From Nitrosopumilus sp. (GTDB lineage Archaea; Thermoproteota; Nitrososphaeria; Nitrososphaerales; Nitrosopumilaceae), in the NCBI GenBank assembly GCA_965218695.1, contig OZ244651.1, forward strand, positions 2,176,001-2,240,000: a DNA stretch of 64,000 nucleotides, in the 5' to 3' direction. The notes under the pieces are model-generated. The model saw only the letters and a list, made by a program, of their open reading frames with translations. It searched no databases and was not told the origin of the DNA. A program made the position numbers and the translations under genes. Positions 60,690 to 64,000 of this stretch are shown one piece after another. Each line of letters begins with the position of its first letter. Positions within the stretch are counted from its first letter, which is position 1.

Positions 60690-61139
60690 TCACAGTTCCT
60701 TAAAATGCTTGATCCATTTTGATTTGATCTCCTGTTCTGAGAGGCCCATATGGTACAATGGGGAGAGAACCTGGGAGACCTGTGATACGTCCACCATGAT
60801 AATTGACCTAATCGGGCTTGTCACGCCACGATCCCGGTACCGGCTTATGACTGCCTTGCTGAGTGCATCGTCATCATCAAGGATTCTGGCCTGTCCCTGA
60901 AACAGGTAGCCTCTGCGTAAGATCGGATCAATTACGTTAATCTCAACATTGGGATTGCTCTGCAGGTTTTTGACTGTGTCAGGCGAGCAGATGTCTGCAA
61001 AGGCCAGAGTCTTTGAGTCCCAGTAGATTATCGTGCCCTTGGGGGAGACGTTGGGTCTCTGGTCGGGACTCACAGTTGCAACATATCCAAGATTCTGCAG
61101 ATCCAAAAAAGCGCTTATCTCACTAGTAATCATTGCCAT
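60690..61139 (-). CDS. Pyridoxamine 5'-phosphate oxidase-like FMN-binding protein
   Basis: YVATVSPDQRPNVSPKGT, TVKNLQSNPNV, RGYLFQG. Confidence 0.88.
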   Translation of the reverse strand: MAMITSEISAFLDLQNLGYVATVSPDQRPNVSPKGTIIYWDSKTLAFADICSPDTVKNLQSNPNVEINVIDPILRRGYLFQGQARILDDDDALSKAVISRYRDRGVTSPIRSIIMVDVSQVSQVLSPLYHMGLSEQEIKSKWIKHFKEL

Positions 61140-61156
61140 TCATGCACACCACATCA

Positions 61157-61255
61157 CTACCGCATGAGCTCTGTTAGGAACTGGGAGAGAAAGAAGAATC
61201 CGATTCCGCCTCCGATTATCGCAATCCAGGCTGCAATCTGTTTGGGTTTGGACAT
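61157..61255 (-). CDS. Putative 32-aa single-TM peptide
   Basis: MSKPKQIAAWIAIIGGGIGFFFLSQFLTELMR*, ending 17 bp before the next minus-strand gene. Confidence 0.5.
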   Translation of the reverse strand: MSKPKQIAAWIAIIGGGIGFFFLSQFLTELMR

Positions 61256-61769
61256 TTGTGTGTGATGTTGCAGGCTCACTATTGAATCTAATTGAGAGGA
61301 ACAGGTACATACTCAGGTCCCCCTCAAACTCAGGCGTGAATATACGTAAAACAGTACATGTTTACGCCTAGACAATACCGGGACCTGAGTATGTACAGGA
61401 ACAGCCAGGTTGGCAGTGTTTTGTATTGCAGTATGGCTTGTGACGCCGGATGGTAGGGAGTATCAAGTGTTTGTCGCAGGACGGATGCCCCAGTCAACAC
61501 GGGCTTGGTTTTCCATGGCGAGTTGCGGCAGGATGACGACGGTTCCATATTGGAGAGCCATGCATTCAGACAGTTATAATTAGGATGATTGTGCTCTTGG
61601 CATCATTGGTAGGCATCCGGAGTGTTGGAAGGTTTTTTCTCTTTATAGCAGGAGGCATAGTGGCCATAGTGGTAGGCGCCTTTATGATCAGAGGCACCAT
61701 GCACATGTGGGACAAGCCAAAAGACGATGATAATGACTAAAAGGCATGTATGGTAAACCAGTATCGTAA

Positions 61770-62087
61770 TTGCTTGATGATTCATCCATAAGAAGATCGC
61801 TGGACATATACGTCAAGAGACGGATTCAGGAAATTCCAAGTGAGATCAGGCAGACATTTCCAGCCGTAAAGAAGATCTGGAAATGCAGAAGCGATCTGGA
61901 TTTTATCTACGGGTACTATGTGGGAAAGATTGAGGAAGGCTCGCTCCACTATCTGCTCAAGGCAACGCGCGCATCCGTCGGGGGCTACGTGGATACCTTT
62001 GAAATCAGGGGCGTCATAGAGACGCACAAAAAGGAGCTGCAGGATGCGATAAGGAACGCGTTAAATCAAACTAGAAATACCACGTGA
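61770..62087 (+). CDS. Conserved hypothetical protein
   Basis: KKIWKC..DLDFIYGYYVGKIEE; helical 105 aa. Confidence 0.7.
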   Translation: MLDDSSIRRSLDIYVKRRIQEIPSEIRQTFPAVKKIWKCRSDLDFIYGYYVGKIEEGSLHYLLKATRASVGGYVDTFEIRGVIETHKKELQDAIRNALNQTRNTT

Positions 62088-62555
62088 TGCCAGCATTTGT
62101 ATGGTAGGCCCGCAGGATGGAGGTTTTGGATTTGACCAGTCCAAAAAATACACAAGCGTAGACAATATTGATGAGATCTGTGTCCAATGTCAGGCAGGAC
62201 AGCATAAAAAATGCCTGAAGAAGGCAAAGCAGCAGAGTGTCTGCGAGTGCGAGCACTGCATGATTTTTGGTTAGCAGTGTGCCAGGGATGTCATTGATTC
62301 TCAGACACTTGCCTGGGAACAGAATCACATGCAGGTATACACAGCCAAAATCCGTTGCATTTTTCCGTATTTTTTTTGGTGCTCGGCAGATCTTTTCTGA
62401 TTTGGCTCCCGTCTGATTCTTTTCAGGATTATGGCAACGTGCAGAGCCACACATGGGGGCACCATCCCGGCAAATGTCAGTGCGATGAACCTTGGGGGGT
62501 GATTTCAACACATGACGCCGAGAATTTTAATACCATTCAATGATATTGATGCATA

Positions 62556-62666
62556 ATGTCAAACGAGTACAAGTTTGAGTGTGAATTCTGTGGAAAGGAT
62601 TTTGGTGCGGAGGTTGTGGAGCTGGCGCTGCATATTGGCAGGATGCACGACAGGCCAAGAGACTAG
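62556..62666 (+). CDS. 36-aa C2H2 zinc-finger microprotein
   Basis: MSNEYKFECEFCGKDFGAEVVELALHIGRMHDRPRD*; TATA-like TTTTAATA at 62525-62532. Confidence 0.7.
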   Translation: MSNEYKFECEFCGKDFGAEVVELALHIGRMHDRPRD

Positions 62667-63774
62667 AGTCACGTTCAGAAATAATTTCGCCTCCCGAAAG
62701 GCAACTCGACCGAAAAGCTTTTTGATCGCAGGATTCCCGGGCCATCACGGACGAGAATGACAGGAAGATACGGGAGCTCACGGAGGCCATGAGGGCAGAG
62801 AAGGACGCCAGGATCCGCAACAGGATCATGGCAGTACGCGGGGCGCTCGCAGGATACGCCACAAGGGACGCGGCGTACTTTGCAGACGTGGACCGGCGCA
62901 CGGTGCAGCTGTGGGCGGCGCGGTTCGACGAGGACGGCATGGATGGCCTCCGGGACGCTCCCGGAAGGGGCAGGCCCCCACGCGTAAAGTACGAGCGGAT
63001 CAAAAAGCTTGCAGACAGGCTCAGCGGCAAGAACATGCTAACCCCGAGGAAGCTGCGGAACTGGATACGCGGGAAACTATTTGCAAGGTACAGCTTGTGC
63101 AGCGTGCGCAGGATAATGCGATCCCTTGGGTTCTCGTCCAAGAGGTCTACCACGGAGTATGCCTCGGCAGCCGGCGGCGGCGACGAGGTAAGGCAGTGGC
63201 AGGCTGACGCTGCAGGCACGATATCCGGCGCAAAACAGCGTGGATCTACAATCGTGGCGCAGGACGAGTCCATATTCATCAGGATTGGAACGAATGGAAG
63301 GAAACCGTGGTCGCGCGTCGGGGATCCCGTGGCCGTCGGCAGGAGCGGCAGGAGGGACAAGACGATCGTGTACGGCGCGCTTGCCGGGGACGGAACCAGG
63401 CTTATGCGGCAGTACGAAAAATTCGACGGCCCGACGTTCGTGAAATACCTCAAGGAGGTGCGCCGTAAATGGGGCAAGGTCCTGCTCATAACGGACAATG
63501 CGAGCCAGCACAAGCACGGGAAGGTGCGGGAATATTTGGAGGGGCACGACGAAGTGAGGATCCTGTACCTGCCTACCGCGACGCCAAAGCTCAGCGCCGT
63601 CGAATCTGTATGGAGGGATGCAAAATACAGGCTGGTGACCTCCGAACACTACGAGACGCTGGAGGACCTGACGCACGCGGTGTCAGAATATTTCAGGACG
63701 TGCTCGATCAAGCTCGACATCTACAGATTCCTGTACCGCTGCATATGAGGCGAAATTTTCACTGATCGTCACTC
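62666..63774 (+). mobile_element. IS630-family element
   Basis: Imperfect TIR (TA)GAGTCACGTTCAGAAATAATTTCGCCTC/GAGGCGAAATTTTCACTGATCGTCACTC(TA); CTAG target. Confidence 0.88.
62789..63748 (+). CDS. IS630 transposase
   Basis: GRGRPP, AQDES, TDNASQH, KLSAVESVW. Confidence 0.92.
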   Translation: MRAEKDARIRNRIMAVRGALAGYATRDAAYFADVDRRTVQLWAARFDEDGMDGLRDAPGRGRPPRVKYERIKKLADRLSGKNMLTPRKLRNWIRGKLFARYSLCSVRRIMRSLGFSSKRSTTEYASAAGGGDEVRQWQADAAGTISGAKQRGSTIVAQDESIFIRIGTNGRKPWSRVGDPVAVGRSGRRDKTIVYGALAGDGTRLMRQYEKFDGPTFVKYLKEVRRKWGKVLLITDNASQHKHGKVREYLEGHDEVRILYLPTATPKLSAVESVWRDAKYRLVTSEHYETLEDLTHAVSEYFRTCSIKLDIYRFLYRCI

Positions 63775-64000
63775 TAGGCCTCGGACTAGGCCGCAAGGCA
63801 TGACGGATGTTCCATGGGGAGTCCCCCAAGGCAGGCCGTAGTAGGGCATTCATAAAACCTGCAGATCAGGCGTCTGCCGGCTTTCAGATGATGCAGGCAT
63901 GAACTCCTTGTTCGGGTTTTTCGTGCGTCAAAATGTATACAGGAACAGTCTGCCCCAAATCAGGATTGGCCGGCTGGGCACGTCATAGTACCCGAAGGCA

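Noticed and set aside
61256-61769. About 500-bp intergenic region as a possible ncRNA
   Set aside because: No SRP, RNase P or tRNA signatures recognised; the short ORFs lack coding features.

Overview
Archaeal genomic window, most likely from an ammonia-oxidising Thaumarchaeon (Nitrosopumilaceae-like). This rests on aTrm56, NAC, rpS27e/rpL44e, thermosome, Csl4, MptE and cob genes with TATA-type, largely leaderless promoters. The housekeeping backbone is heavily invaded by insertion sequences: 12 elements of four types (single-ORF IS66, ISH3, IS630, IS5/DDE_Tnp_4-like), about 17 kb or 27% of the window. These include two nested insertions, a tandem IS66 dimer preceded by a degenerate mini-element, and three or more disrupted host genes. 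The main non-mobile highlight is a five-gene locus at 39.9-45.6 kb: a Na+/solute symporter, a divergent group II chaperonin lacking both catalytic Asp residues and ending in a His-rich tail, a UreH/NiCoT-type Ni transporter, an orphan urease-gamma-like protein and an atypical ureohydrolase. It may be a Ni-dependent guanidino-compound utilisation system with its own metallochaperones. All calls are from reading the sequence by eye; no database searches were run.
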